This document shows positions 29,427-38,984 of a stretch of DNA of 64,000 nucleotides, piece after piece. The DNA comes from a bacterium. GTDB lineage: Bacteria; JADJOY01. The stretch's first letter is position 1. Every line of letters starts with the position of its first letter. The translations under genes were made by a program, and so were the position numbers. Location of the stretch: assembly GCA_046331705.1 (NCBI GenBank), contig JAXLQJ010000005.1, forward strand, positions 62,001-126,000. The letters are read 5' to 3'. The notes under the pieces are model-generated. The model saw nothing but the letters and a program-made list of their open reading frames with translations, did not search any database and had not been told where the DNA came from.

Positions 29427-31856
29427 TCAGGCCGCGGTCGCGTTCGCGCCGGCGCCGTACGCCTGGTAGCCGCGATAGGCCTGCGAGCCATAGCCGTAGC
29501 CGTAGCGCGCGTCGACCTGATTGAGCACCACGCCCAGCATGCGCGCGCCGGCCTGGTCGAGGCGATCTCGTGCCGCCTGGACCAGCTCGCGCGCGGTGCG
29601 CGAGGAATCGACCACCAGCACCACTCCATCGACCAGCCGCGACAGCACCAGCGCGTCCGGCACCGGCAGCGTGGGACCGGAATCGACCACCACGTAATCG
29701 AAGCGCGACGCCAGCTCGGCGATGGCCTCGTGCATGCGATCGGTGCTCAAGAGCTCGGAGGGGTTCGCCGGGATGGGACCGGCAGGCATCACCCACAGAC
29801 TGCGGTGCAACGCCGTCGCGCCGACGCTCGCCAGGCTCACTCCCGACTGCAGATACGTGGTGAGGCCGATCTTGCTCGACATCCCGGCCACCCGATGGAT
29901 GCGCGGGCAGCGCAGATCCGCGTCCACCAGCGCCACGCGCTTGCCCGCTTGCGCGAGCGAGATGCAGGTGTTGATGGCCGTGGACGTCTTTCCCTCGCCG
30001 GCGATGCTGCTCGTGAAGAGGATCTTGCGCGGCGCCGGATCCATCCGCAGCAGCAGCAAGGCGGTGCGGAAGATCCGGTACGCCTCCGAGCCGGGAGTCG
30101 GGTCGGAGGCGAGCGTGACCAGCTCGACTCCGGTCGGCTGCTCCGGCCGCGGCCGCGCCGGCGACCCTCGGCGCGACGCCAGCAGCGTCGCGGCCCGCTG
30201 GCCGACGCGTCCCGAGGTCCATTCGCTGGCGCGCATGCTCGGCACCAGTGCCAAGGTCCGCAGCCCCAGCGCACGCGAGGCCGCCGCCGGAGTGCGAATC
30301 GAGTTGTCCAGCGCTGCGCGCGTGAGCGCCGCCGCGATCCCCAGCACCAGACCCAGCAGCATGCCCATCGCGAGCGATCGCAACCGCTGCGGCGCCGACG
30401 GCACGGTCGGCAGCTCCGCCGGATCGACGACGCGGATGTTGCCGGTCTTGAGACCGGCTGCGACGGTCATCTCCTTCATGCGCTGCAGCAGCGAGTCGTG
30501 GATCGATCGGTTGAGGTCGACCTCGCGCTTGAGCAACGAATACTCGACGCTGTCGGATTTCTGCGTCAGCGCTTCCTGCTCGCTGCGCTTCACCTGCTCG
30601 CGCAGCGCGCCTTCTCGTTGCTGCGCCGCGAGGAACTCGCGCTCGACGCCGCGCGCGATCCGACCCATCTCCTGCCCGAGGCTGGCGCGCGCCTCGTCGA
30701 CCTGCGATCGCAGCTGCTGCATCTGCGGGTAATCCGGCAGGTACTTCTTGGAGAGCCGCGCGTACTCGCGCTCGAGCTCGGCGCGACGCTGCTTGAGCTC
30801 GACGATGAGCGGGCTCGCGAGCACCGCCGGCAGCGAATCCTGTCCGCCTGCGCGGACCAGGTCGTACTGCGATTGCTTCTCGATCCGCTCCGCCACGGCC
30901 TCGGTGAGCAGCTGATTGAGGTGCTGCATCTCCTGGATGGTCGGATTCTCACCGGCCTCGAGCGAGACGAGCTGATGCTCCTGCCGATACGCGGCGAGCG
31001 ATCCCTCGGCGCTGCGCAGCCGCTCCTCGAGATCGTGCAGCTGCCGTTCGAGGAAATCGCGCCCCTCCACCGACAACGCGAGCTTGGTCTCGAGCGAGTA
31101 CGCCTTGTAGCCGTCGGCGATGCCATCGGCGACCCGCGCGCTGAGCGCGGGCACCGGCGTCGTGAACGCGATGCGAACCAGCCGCGTGTTGCGCACCGGC
31201 TTCACCTCGAGCGCCTCGAGGTAGCGGTCGATCAGGCGCGCATCCACTCCCAAGGTGCCGGGCTCCACCGCCGCCGACGCTGCTTCGTCGGGCATGCTGC
31301 TCGGCCCCCGCACGGCGCTCACCAGCCTGCCGAGCGCGGCGCGCAGCGAGAGTCGCGCACGTTCTCCCGTGAGCGAGGGCTCGTTCTCGAGCCCAAGCTT
31401 GCGGATCACGCGCGCGGCCAGCACCCGGCTCTTGAGGATCGAGAACTGCGTCTGGGAATACTCGTCGTAGGGACCGACGTAGCCCTTCTGACCCGGAACG
31501 ACGTCCTCGAACGTGAGGATGTTCGGATTGTCGCGATCGATCTGGACCGTCACACCCGCGGTGTAGAGCGGTGTGCGGGTCAGCACGTAGAGCGCGGTCG
31601 CCAGCGTCACCACGGCGAACACCGCCAGGATCAAGCGTCGCTGGCCGCGCAGCAGCGCGTAGAGCTCGCGCAGCCCGATGGCGGCGCCCGGATGCTCGAA
31701 CGGATGAGGCGCGTACACGCCGGCGGGATAGCCGCCGTAGCCGAGCGGCGCCGTCGTCGTCAGCACGCTCACCACCTGGCCATCGACGACCGTGCGCGTG
31801 AGCTGGTTGTCCGAGGAGCCGTCTTCGCGCCCATTCTCGGGCCGTACGTTGGACAT
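29427..31856 (-). CDS. wzc: Polysaccharide co-polymerase/tyrosine autokinase (Wzc/GumC)
   Basis: Two TMs with coiled coil between; EAYR..RT, Walker A GEGKTS, DADLR, C-terminal Tyr cluster YGYGYG. Confidence 0.92.
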   Translation of the reverse strand: MSNVRPENGREDGSSDNQLTRTVVDGQVVSVLTTTAPLGYGGYPAGVYAPHPFEHPGAAIGLRELYALLRGQRRLILAVFAVVTLATALYVLTRTPLYTAGVTVQIDRDNPNILTFEDVVPGQKGYVGPYDEYSQTQFSILKSRVLAARVIRKLGLENEPSLTGERARLSLRAALGRLVSAVRGPSSMPDEAASAAVEPGTLGVDARLIDRYLEALEVKPVRNTRLVRIAFTTPVPALSARVADGIADGYKAYSLETKLALSVEGRDFLERQLHDLEERLRSAEGSLAAYRQEHQLVSLEAGENPTIQEMQHLNQLLTEAVAERIEKQSQYDLVRAGGQDSLPAVLASPLIVELKQRRAELEREYARLSKKYLPDYPQMQQLRSQVDEARASLGQEMGRIARGVEREFLAAQQREGALREQVKRSEQEALTQKSDSVEYSLLKREVDLNRSIHDSLLQRMKEMTVAAGLKTGNIRVVDPAELPTVPSAPQRLRSLAMGMLLGLVLGIAAALTRAALDNSIRTPAAASRALGLRTLALVPSMRASEWTSGRVGQRAATLLASRRGSPARPRPEQPTGVELVTLASDPTPGSEAYRIFRTALLLLRMDPAPRKILFTSSIAGEGKTSTAINTCISLAQAGKRVALVDADLRCPRIHRVAGMSSKIGLTTYLQSGVSLASVGATALHRSLWVMPAGPIPANPSELLSTDRMHEAIAELASRFDYVVVDSGPTLPVPDALVLSRLVDGVVLVVDSSRTARELVQAARDRLDQAGARMLGVVLNQVDARYGYGYGSQAYRGYQAYGAGANATAA

Positions 31857-31931
31857 GATCGATTCCCTTCGATCGAGACGTCGAGAGGCGCGGGACGGCG
31901 GCCGGTATCGCCGCGACGCCCCGCGCGGGGC

Positions 31932-32546
31932 TCACTGCTGAGGGCTCGCGACCGCCTTGTCTTCCTCGCAGAGCACGTTGCCCGACAGACACAGCGATCC
32001 GAGCGTGATTCCCGCCGCGCCGCCCGTCGCGCCCGCTGCGAGGACCCACACCGGAACCTCGGCGACGAAGCCGGGCTGCGCGAGCGCCGTGGTCGCCTCG
32101 GGATGGTCCACCACGCCCGCGACCGATCGTGACGCCTGGGCGACGAGCGTGCGCGGTTCGGGCGGCCGAGTGCTCGCGGGATAGAGCGTCCAATCCACGC
32201 GCACGTCCCCGCCAGATCGGTCGGGGAGGGTCGCCACGAAGGCGGCCGACGTGAACGAGCCGCCGGCGGTGCCGATCGCGAGCCGATAACGGCCGGGCCG
32301 CACCGAGTCGAACCGGAACTCTCCCGACGAGCGGGTCTCGGTCTTGGCGCTCAGCGCACCGGTCGCCGAATCGATCAGGCCGACCGGTGAGCCGGCGACC
32401 GGCGCGCCTCCATCCGCGAGCACCAGACCGGCCAGGCCCGGCGACGTCGGGTTGGCGTGGGAGGTGGTCGGCCCGAGCGCGCTCTTCGAGAGCATCGCGG
32501 CAGCGATGAGCAAGGGAATGGCCTTACGGCGCCGTGGCGTCGTCAT
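31932..32546 (-). CDS. Secreted carboxypeptidase-regulatory-like domain protein with C-terminal hydrophobic/Gly segment
   Basis: GAGGAG RBS, signal peptide, TETRSSGEFRFDSVRPGRY, tail VWVLAAGATGGAAGITLG...ASPQQ. Confidence 0.65.
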   Translation of the reverse strand: MTTPRRRKAIPLLIAAAMLSKSALGPTTSHANPTSPGLAGLVLADGGAPVAGSPVGLIDSATGALSAKTETRSSGEFRFDSVRPGRYRLAIGTAGGSFTSAAFVATLPDRSGGDVRVDWTLYPASTRPPEPRTLVAQASRSVAGVVDHPEATTALAQPGFVAEVPVWVLAAGATGGAAGITLGSLCLSGNVLCEEDKAVASPQQ

Positions 32547-32601
32547 GTCGACTCCTCGTTGGGATTGAGAGCCAGGGACTGCGACTGCTGCAGACACGTT
32601 T

Positions 32602-32617
32602 TGCAACGGTCGTGCCT
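32602..32617 (-). promoter_or_regulatory. Sigma-54 promoter AGGCACGACCGTTGCA
   Basis: Near-perfect match to TGGCACG-N4-TTGCW, about 55 nt upstream of the ATG at 32546. Confidence 0.8.
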
Positions 32618-33063
32618 CTCGCGCTTGGTGCAGCGCCGCGCACGGATTCCGACACACGAGCGCGCGGCCTCGTCACGCGCAAATCGCGGCGCTTGTCGGG
32701 CAATTCGCCTCGCTCACGGGCCAGCGAGCGCGGCAACGATCCGCCCCGCCGACTCGAGCTCGCGCCGTTGCTGCCCATCGTGCGCGCTCACGGACCGTCC
32801 GCTGCTGGCCAATTCGACCCAGGCGATGGTCCGTTACGACCCAGTGCCGCGTTACGGCGCGAAACGGAAACGATCGCCGCTCACGTCACCGAGCACGCGC
32901 GTCGCCGATGGGAGCGCGAACGGATCGCGCACGGGAACCGAGGCGCGTCAGGAACGCGGACGGTCACGATCGCGATCACACGCCGAGACGCGGCGCGTTC
33001 GCAGCGCCGCCACGGCTCGGTCTCGCCGCCGCCGCGCGACGACCGCTCGAGCAGCGGACGAGC

Positions 33064-34227
33064 TCAGAGCGGTGCCGAGAGACCGACGCCGACGAACCGG
33101 CCCATCGTCTCGACGACCTTCGACAGTCCCGCGCGCAGCATGCTGCGCTGCACGATCACCTGGTCGCCCTCTTCGATGGACACATCCGGCTCGGCACCGG
33201 CGGTGATCGCGTCGAGGTCGAGCGACATCGTGATCTTCTCCGAGGGTCCGCGATGACGCACCACGAGCACCTCGTCACTGATCGGGAAATCGCCGAGACC
33301 GCCCGCTTCGGCGATCGCCGTGATCAACGTGGAGGTCTCGGAGAGACCGTACTTGCCCGGCCTGCGCACCTCACCGCCCACGAAGAAGTCGCCGTGATCG
33401 GGAATGAAGACGACATCGCCGTCGCGCAGCACGAGCGTCGAGATGGGGTCGGAGAGGTTCATCAGATCGAAGAGGTCGATGGGGATCGGTTGCCGGCCGC
33501 GCAGTGCCGCCAGCGATGGGTCCTTCACCTCCGCGCCGCTCGCGACCGCACCCGCGGCGGGCCGCTCCTCGACGGGATAGAGCTCGATGCGACGCGCCGC
33601 TTGCGCGGACAATCCCCCCGCCTGGCCGACGAGATCGACGATCCGGCTCGCCGAGCGCGACAACGGATAGATGCCGGGCTTCTCGACCCGCCCCATCACC
33701 GCCACACGCTGACTGGCGTAGGTCTCGACGCGAACGTCCACCTGGGGATCGACGACGAATCGGTGGCCGAGCAACGCGGCCAGCCGATCGTGGACGCCCT
33801 GGACCGTCAGTCCGGCGACAGCGACGCTGCCGACCAGCGGCAAGGTGATCTCGCCCGACTCGGCAACTCTTGCCGTGCGGTCCAGTTCGGGCACGTCGAA
33901 CACGGCGATCTTGAGCACGTCGCCGGGGCCGACCGAATAGTCGCTCGGGCTGACCTGCGCGCTTCGCGACGCGAGCAACGCCTGCACGCGCGCGCGGGTG
34001 TCCTCGGTGCCACGGGAGTCGGACCTGGTCAGCGCCGACTCGACCCCGCCGGCCACGGGCGAGCGCGTCTCAACCGGCTGCGGCGCTTGTGGTTTCTGGC
34101 CTGCGCACGCGCCGACCGAGAGGCTGGCCACGAGCACCAGCGCGACCCATGCAGGTGGGCGTGCGGCGCGTCGTCGCGGGCGCGACACGCAAGACAGTGA
34201 CGAATTCCGAGCTCGATCACGATCCAT
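33064..34227 (-). CDS. wza: Polysaccharide export outer-membrane lipoprotein (Wza/OPX, SLBB domains)
   Basis: Lipobox VGAC, DYSVGPGDVL, GEITLPLVG, GEVRRPG, AIAEAGG; exact start uncertain. Confidence 0.88.
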   Translation of the reverse strand: MDRDRARNSSLSCVSRPRRRAARPPAWVALVLVASLSVGACAGQKPQAPQPVETRSPVAGGVESALTRSDSRGTEDTRARVQALLASRSAQVSPSDYSVGPGDVLKIAVFDVPELDRTARVAESGEITLPLVGSVAVAGLTVQGVHDRLAALLGHRFVVDPQVDVRVETYASQRVAVMGRVEKPGIYPLSRSASRIVDLVGQAGGLSAQAARRIELYPVEERPAAGAVASGAEVKDPSLAALRGRQPIPIDLFDLMNLSDPISTLVLRDGDVVFIPDHGDFFVGGEVRRPGKYGLSETSTLITAIAEAGGLGDFPISDEVLVVRHRGPSEKITMSLDLDAITAGAEPDVSIEEGDQVIVQRSMLRAGLSKVVETMGRFVGVGLSAPL

Positions 34228-34290
34228 GTTGGAAGCTCGCTCGATGCAGGTGGAGTCGGCCGAGATCCGTCTCGACCGCGAGGACGGCAG

Positions 34291-34306
34291 AGCAAGCGTC
34301 GTACCG
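34291..34306 (-). promoter_or_regulatory. Putative sigma-54 promoter CGGTACGACGCTTGCT
   Basis: GG-N10-GC with TTGCT, upstream of wza and downstream of the fadA terminator. Confidence 0.65.
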
Positions 34307-34362
34307 CAGGCGTCGGATCGATCTGGATGGTCGGCGCCGGCGCGCGTTCGGCGCCAGACGCG

Positions 34363-34392
34363 AAGAAGCCCCCGGGACGGGATCCCGGGGGC
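34363..34392 (-). terminator. Intrinsic terminator after fadA
   Basis: 10-bp stem GCCCCCGGGA/TCCCGGGGGC followed by TTCTT on the minus strand. Confidence 0.7.
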
Positions 34393-34442
34393 CTCGGAAG
34401 CGGGCCGCGACGGCGGCGCGCAGGTGGTACGCGAGCGAACGA

Positions 34443-35624
34443 TCAGGCCGGGCGCTCGAACAGCCCCGCGGCACCCATGCCGCCGCCGATGCACATGCTC
34501 ACGATGCCGTAGCGCGCCTTGCGGCGGCCCATCTCGTGGAGCAGCGTGGCGGTCAGCTTGGCGCCCGTGCAGCCGAGCGGATGCCCGAGCGCGATGGCGC
34601 CGCCGTTCACGTTCACCTTGGCGGGGTCGATGCCGAGCTTGCGCACCACGTACACCGCCTGCGAGGCGAAGGCCTCGTTGATCTCGAAGAGGTCGATGTC
34701 CGCGAGCTTCACGCCCAGTTTGTCGAGCAGCCTGGGAATCGCCAGCGCCGGACCGATGCCCATGATGTCGGGATCGCAGCCCGCGACCGCGAAGCCGCGG
34801 TAGATGCCGAGCGGCGCGAGCTTGAGCTCCTTGGCGCGCTTCGCCGAGAGCAACACGCTCGCGGCCGCGCCGTCGCTCGTCTGCGACGAGTTGCCAGCCG
34901 TCACGCTGCCGGCCGGATGGAAGGCCGGCCGCAGCTTGGAGAGCCCCTCGAGGGTGGTGTCGGCACGCACGCCTTCGTCCACCTCGAAAACCTTGGTGGT
35001 GGCCATCGGCCGGCCGTCCTTGCCGACGCCGTAGACCTTGGCGTCCAGCGGCACGATCTCGTCCTTGAACTTGCCGCCGGCGATGGCGGCGGCCGCCTTC
35101 GCGTGGCTGCTCACGGCGAACTCGTCCTGCTCGCGGCGGCTCACCTCGAAGCGCTGCGCGACCGCCTCGGCGGTATGACCCATGCCGATGTAGACGTCGG
35201 GGTAGGTCTCGACGAGCTTGGGGTTGGGCACGATCTTGTTGCCGCCCATCGGCACCAGGCTCATCGACTCGAGCCCGCCTCCGATCGCCGCGGTCTCGGC
35301 GCCCAGCATGATGCGCTCGGCGGCCACGGCGATGGCCTGCAGGCCGGAGCTGCAGAAGCGGTTCACGGTGAAGGCCGAGACGCTGTTGGGCAGCCCGGCG
35401 ATGGTGGCGGCGACGCGAGCCACGTTCATGCCCTGCTCGCCTTCCGGCATGGCGCAGCCCATCACCACGTCGCCGATCTCCGCCGCGTCCACGCCCGGGG
35501 CGCGGTCGAGCGCCGCCTTGATGGCAACGCCGCCCATGTCGTCCGGGCGGGTGTAGCGCAAGGTTCCACGTGGCGCCTTTCCGGCCGCGGTGCGAACCGA
35601 CGACACGATCACTGCATCTTCCAT
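34443..35624 (-). CDS. fadA: Acetyl-CoA C-acyltransferase (thiolase)
   Basis: NRFCSSG, NEAF, GHPLG, SMCIGGG. Confidence 0.95.
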   Translation of the reverse strand: MEDAVIVSSVRTAAGKAPRGTLRYTRPDDMGGVAIKAALDRAPGVDAAEIGDVVMGCAMPEGEQGMNVARVAATIAGLPNSVSAFTVNRFCSSGLQAIAVAAERIMLGAETAAIGGGLESMSLVPMGGNKIVPNPKLVETYPDVYIGMGHTAEAVAQRFEVSRREQDEFAVSSHAKAAAAIAGGKFKDEIVPLDAKVYGVGKDGRPMATTKVFEVDEGVRADTTLEGLSKLRPAFHPAGSVTAGNSSQTSDGAAASVLLSAKRAKELKLAPLGIYRGFAVAGCDPDIMGIGPALAIPRLLDKLGVKLADIDLFEINEAFASQAVYVVRKLGIDPAKVNVNGGAIALGHPLGCTGAKLTATLLHEMGRRKARYGIVSMCIGGGMGAAGLFERPA

Positions 35625-35684
35625 GGCGTCCTCCTGGATCGTTCCGAGTGTTTGCCTCGAGCGTCGTTGGGTGTCGGCACCGGA

Positions 35685-38105
35685 TCAGTTCCGGAGCGGC
35701 TTGCCCTTCATGAGCATGTGCTGGATCCGCTCCTGCGACTTCACCTCGCCCACCAGGCTCAGGAACGCCTCGCGCTCGAGGTCGAGGAGGTACTGCTCGC
35801 TGACCTTGGTGCCGGCCGCCACCGGGCCGCCGGTGATCACGTACGCCACCTTGCTGGCGATCTTCACGTCGTGATCGCTGACCATGCCGCCGCGCTTCAT
35901 GCCCTGCACCGCGGCGACCAGCGCCGCGCACACCGGCTCGCCGCCCACGACCACGTCCGCGCGCGGCTGCAGCGGGCGATAGCCCATCTTCGCCATGTGC
36001 AGCACTTCGTCCTTGGCGTCCTGGATCAGGTGGTCACGGTTGAGCGTGATGCCGTCGCTCACCCGCAGGAAACCGAGGTTGCGAGCCTCGACGGCGCTGG
36101 TGGAAACCTTCGCCATCGCGATGGCCTCGAACGCGCGCGCGACGAACGGCGCCGGATCGACGGCCACCATGCCGCCCTGCGGCAGGCCCTGGGTGGCGCG
36201 CACCGCCATCTCCTTGCAGCCGCCGGCGCCAGGGATGAGGCCGACGCCCACCTCCACCAACCCGCAGTAGAGCTCGCCGTGGGCGCGCACCGCCGGGCCG
36301 TGAAGCACGATCTCGCAGCCGCCGCCGAGCGCGAGCCCCGCGGGCGCCACCACCACCGGCTTCGGTGAGGTCTTGAGCCGCATGTTGGCCTGCTGGAACT
36401 CGGCCGAGAGCTTCTCGATGTCGGCCCACATCTGCTGCTGAGCCGCCATGTAGATGAGCATCAGGTTGGCGCCGGCGCTGAAAGCCTGGGGATCGTGGTT
36501 GGCGATCACGAGGCCTTCGCCGTTCTTCGCGACCTCGTCGAGCGCGGCGCCCAGCAGCGAGATGAGGTCCGCGTCCACCGCGTTCATCTTCGAGTGGAAC
36601 TCGAGGCACGCAACACCGTCGCCGATGTCGACCAGCGAGGCGCTGGAGTTCTCCTGGATCGTCTTCTTGCGGTCCTTGAGGGACGGCAGGAGGATGACCT
36701 TGGGATGCACGGTCTCGGCGACGTAGTCCTTCTTCGCCGGGTCGTAGACGTGCCGCACGCCGTCCTTGCGGACGTAGAAGGTTTCCTTGCCCGAGGCGAG
36801 CATCTCGACGACCCACGCCGGGACCTTCACCTTCTCGGCCTTCATCTTGTCGACCGAGGCGGCAACGCCGATGGCGTCCCACGATTCGAACGGGCCGAGA
36901 TCCCAGTTGAAGCCCCAACGCATCGCGCGATCGAGCTCCGAGAGCGAATCCGCGATCTCGGGCACGCGATTCGCGGAGTAGACCAGCGTGTCGCGCATCA
37001 GCGGCCACGCGAACGCGCCGGCGCGATCCTCGGCGTAGACGGTGCTTTTCAGGCGATCCGCGGGATCGTCGAGGTTCTTCGCGACGCCCAGCGAGTCGAT
37101 CTTGATCTTCTCGGAGGGCTTGTACTCGCCGCTCGCGGGATCGAGCGTCAGGTTCTGGCGCTCGCCCGTGGGGCTCTTGCCCTTCTTGTAGAAGCCGCCG
37201 CCCGTCTTGTCGCCCAGGCGCTTGGCCGCGACCATCTGCCGGACGAACTCCGGCACCTTGAAGGTGTCGCGCATCTCGTCGTTGGGGACGCTCGCGAACA
37301 CGTTGTCACAGACGTGGACGAGGGTGTCGACGCCGGCCAGGTCGCCGGTGCGGAACGACGCCGAGCGTGGGTGCGCCATGGGCGGCCCGGTGATCGCGTC
37401 GACCTCGTCGATCGTGTACTTGAGCTCCTCCATCAGGTGCATGGTGCGGAGCATCCCGAAGACGCCGATGCGGTTGGCGACGAAGTTGGGCGTGTCCTTG
37501 CAGCGCACGATGCCCTTGCCGAGCACGCGCTCGCCGAACTCGCTCATGAACGCGAGCACCTCCGGCAGCGTGTCCGGTCCCGGGATGATCTCGAGCAGCT
37601 TCATGTAGCGAACGGGGTTGAAGAAGTGCGTGCCCAGGAAGTTCTGGCGGAACTCGCTTGGGCAGTGGGCGCTCATGGCGCCGATGGGGATGCCCGAGGT
37701 GTTCGAGCTCACGATCGAGCCGGGCTTGCGATGCTCGGCGATCCGCGACATCACCTGCTTCTTGATCTCGAGGTTCTCGACCACCACCTCGACGATCCAG
37801 TCGCACTCGCCGACGCGCGCGAAGTCGTCGTCGAAGTTGCCGATCTCGATGAGCGAGGTGAGCGCCGTGTCGAAGAACGGCGCCGGCTTGGCCTTGGTGG
37901 CGTTCTCGAGCGCCACGCGCGCGAAACGGTTCCGCACGGCCTTCGATTGCAGCGTGAGCCCGGCCTTCTCCTCGGCCGGATCCAGCGCTTTCGGGACGAT
38001 GTCGAGCAGGATCGACGGGATACCGGCGTTGGCCAGGTGTGCCGCGATGGCGCTGCCCATGACACCCGAGCCCAACACGGCGACCTTGCGGATCTCTCGC
38101 TTCAT
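35685..38105 (-). CDS. fadN: 3-hydroxyacyl-CoA dehydrogenase/enoyl-CoA hydratase (FadN type)
   Basis: GSGVMG, SNTSG, HFFNPVRYM, AGANL, GGGCE, GLVEVGVG, KPLRN end. Confidence 0.93.
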   Translation of the reverse strand: MKREIRKVAVLGSGVMGSAIAAHLANAGIPSILLDIVPKALDPAEEKAGLTLQSKAVRNRFARVALENATKAKPAPFFDTALTSLIEIGNFDDDFARVGECDWIVEVVVENLEIKKQVMSRIAEHRKPGSIVSSNTSGIPIGAMSAHCPSEFRQNFLGTHFFNPVRYMKLLEIIPGPDTLPEVLAFMSEFGERVLGKGIVRCKDTPNFVANRIGVFGMLRTMHLMEELKYTIDEVDAITGPPMAHPRSASFRTGDLAGVDTLVHVCDNVFASVPNDEMRDTFKVPEFVRQMVAAKRLGDKTGGGFYKKGKSPTGERQNLTLDPASGEYKPSEKIKIDSLGVAKNLDDPADRLKSTVYAEDRAGAFAWPLMRDTLVYSANRVPEIADSLSELDRAMRWGFNWDLGPFESWDAIGVAASVDKMKAEKVKVPAWVVEMLASGKETFYVRKDGVRHVYDPAKKDYVAETVHPKVILLPSLKDRKKTIQENSSASLVDIGDGVACLEFHSKMNAVDADLISLLGAALDEVAKNGEGLVIANHDPQAFSAGANLMLIYMAAQQQMWADIEKLSAEFQQANMRLKTSPKPVVVAPAGLALGGGCEIVLHGPAVRAHGELYCGLVEVGVGLIPGAGGCKEMAVRATQGLPQGGMVAVDPAPFVARAFEAIAMAKVSTSAVEARNLGFLRVSDGITLNRDHLIQDAKDEVLHMAKMGYRPLQPRADVVVGGEPVCAALVAAVQGMKRGGMVSDHDVKIASKVAYVITGGPVAAGTKVSEQYLLDLEREAFLSLVGEVKSQERIQHMLMKGKPLRN

Positions 38106-38276
38106 GATGGCTCCTCTCTCGCACGGGCCGCGACGGTGGCCGTGCGCGTGCACGGCGGACCCGGAACGATCGAGATGGGGTTACGGAAGGCGGGCCATCC
38201 CCGTGGGGACGAGGGATGGCGGTCGGTCAGAAGATATTGAGCCGCGCCGCAGTGCGTCAACGAACCTGCGTCGAAC

Positions 38277-38984
38277 CTATGTCGAACGTGGGTGGGCGGC
38301 GACCGCGCCGCGCAGCAAGCCCCGGTCCTTGGTGTAGTGATAGCGGATCTCGAGGTCGTCGTAGCGCTCGTCGGCGGCCAGCGGACAGGCCTCACGCACC
38401 GCCAGCCACGGCGAGACGTCGCACCCCCGCTGGCCTCGGGTGGCCGCGAACGCTCGTTCGAAGGCGCTGACACAGGGGCGATGGCAGCCGTCGCACGGAT
38501 GCGCGCCGGATCCCGCGGGAGTGTCGGCCGGATCCCACGGCAGATCGAACGCCACCGCCGCGCGGAGCCCGATCCAGAGGCCGAAGCGCGGGTGGATCGC
38601 GAGGCGACACGGGGCTTGCGATGCCAGGCCGGCGACGTACGCCGCGCGCTGGATCGCGACGAGCCGCGTCAGGCGCGCGTGCGCCCAGCGCACCTGATGC
38701 CGAACGCCGAGCGTCGTGAGCGCGCGGCGAATCGCTCCTTCGGCGTATCGATCGAGCGGATGGAGGGAGCGCAGCTCGCGGGGATCGCGCGCCAGCGACT
38801 CGAGGAAGGGCGACCAGATCCGCCGCGAGTTGCCGATCACCACGCCCAGGGTGCCGGCGCGCCCGAACTCGGGAAGCTGGTAGCGCGGCGCAACCTGCTC
38901 GTTGTAGCGCTGCACCGAGAACGCGGCCACCAGATCGAGACCTGCGCTCGCGAGACCCTCCATCACGCGCGGCACGATGGACAT
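38277..38984 (-). CDS. MMACHC/CblC-like cobalamin-processing protein
   Basis: AFSVQRYNE, GTLGVVIGNS, HPLD, IHPRFGLWIGLRAAV resemble human MMACHC segments (recalled from memory); extra CDGCHRPC and ACP cysteines. Confidence 0.62.
   Translation of the reverse strand: MSIVPRVMEGLASAGLDLVAAFSVQRYNEQVAPRYQLPEFGRAGTLGVVIGNSRRIWSPFLESLARDPRELRSLHPLDRYAEGAIRRALTTLGVRHQVRWAHARLTRLVAIQRAAYVAGLASQAPCRLAIHPRFGLWIGLRAAVAFDLPWDPADTPAGSGAHPCDGCHRPCVSAFERAFAATRGQRGCDVSPWLAVREACPLAADERYDDLEIRYHYTKDRGLLRGAVAAHPRST

Noticed and set aside
25850-29629. Apparent 1259-aa giant glycosyltransferase
   Set aside because: Only 25850-27184 is protein-like; its ATG overlaps the upstream stop and the rest is Arg-rich off-frame sequence
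33064-35931. Apparent 955-aa ORF extending wza across the thiolase gene
   Set aside because: The N-terminal part is an off-frame read of fadA; a terminator and a sigma-54 motif lie in between
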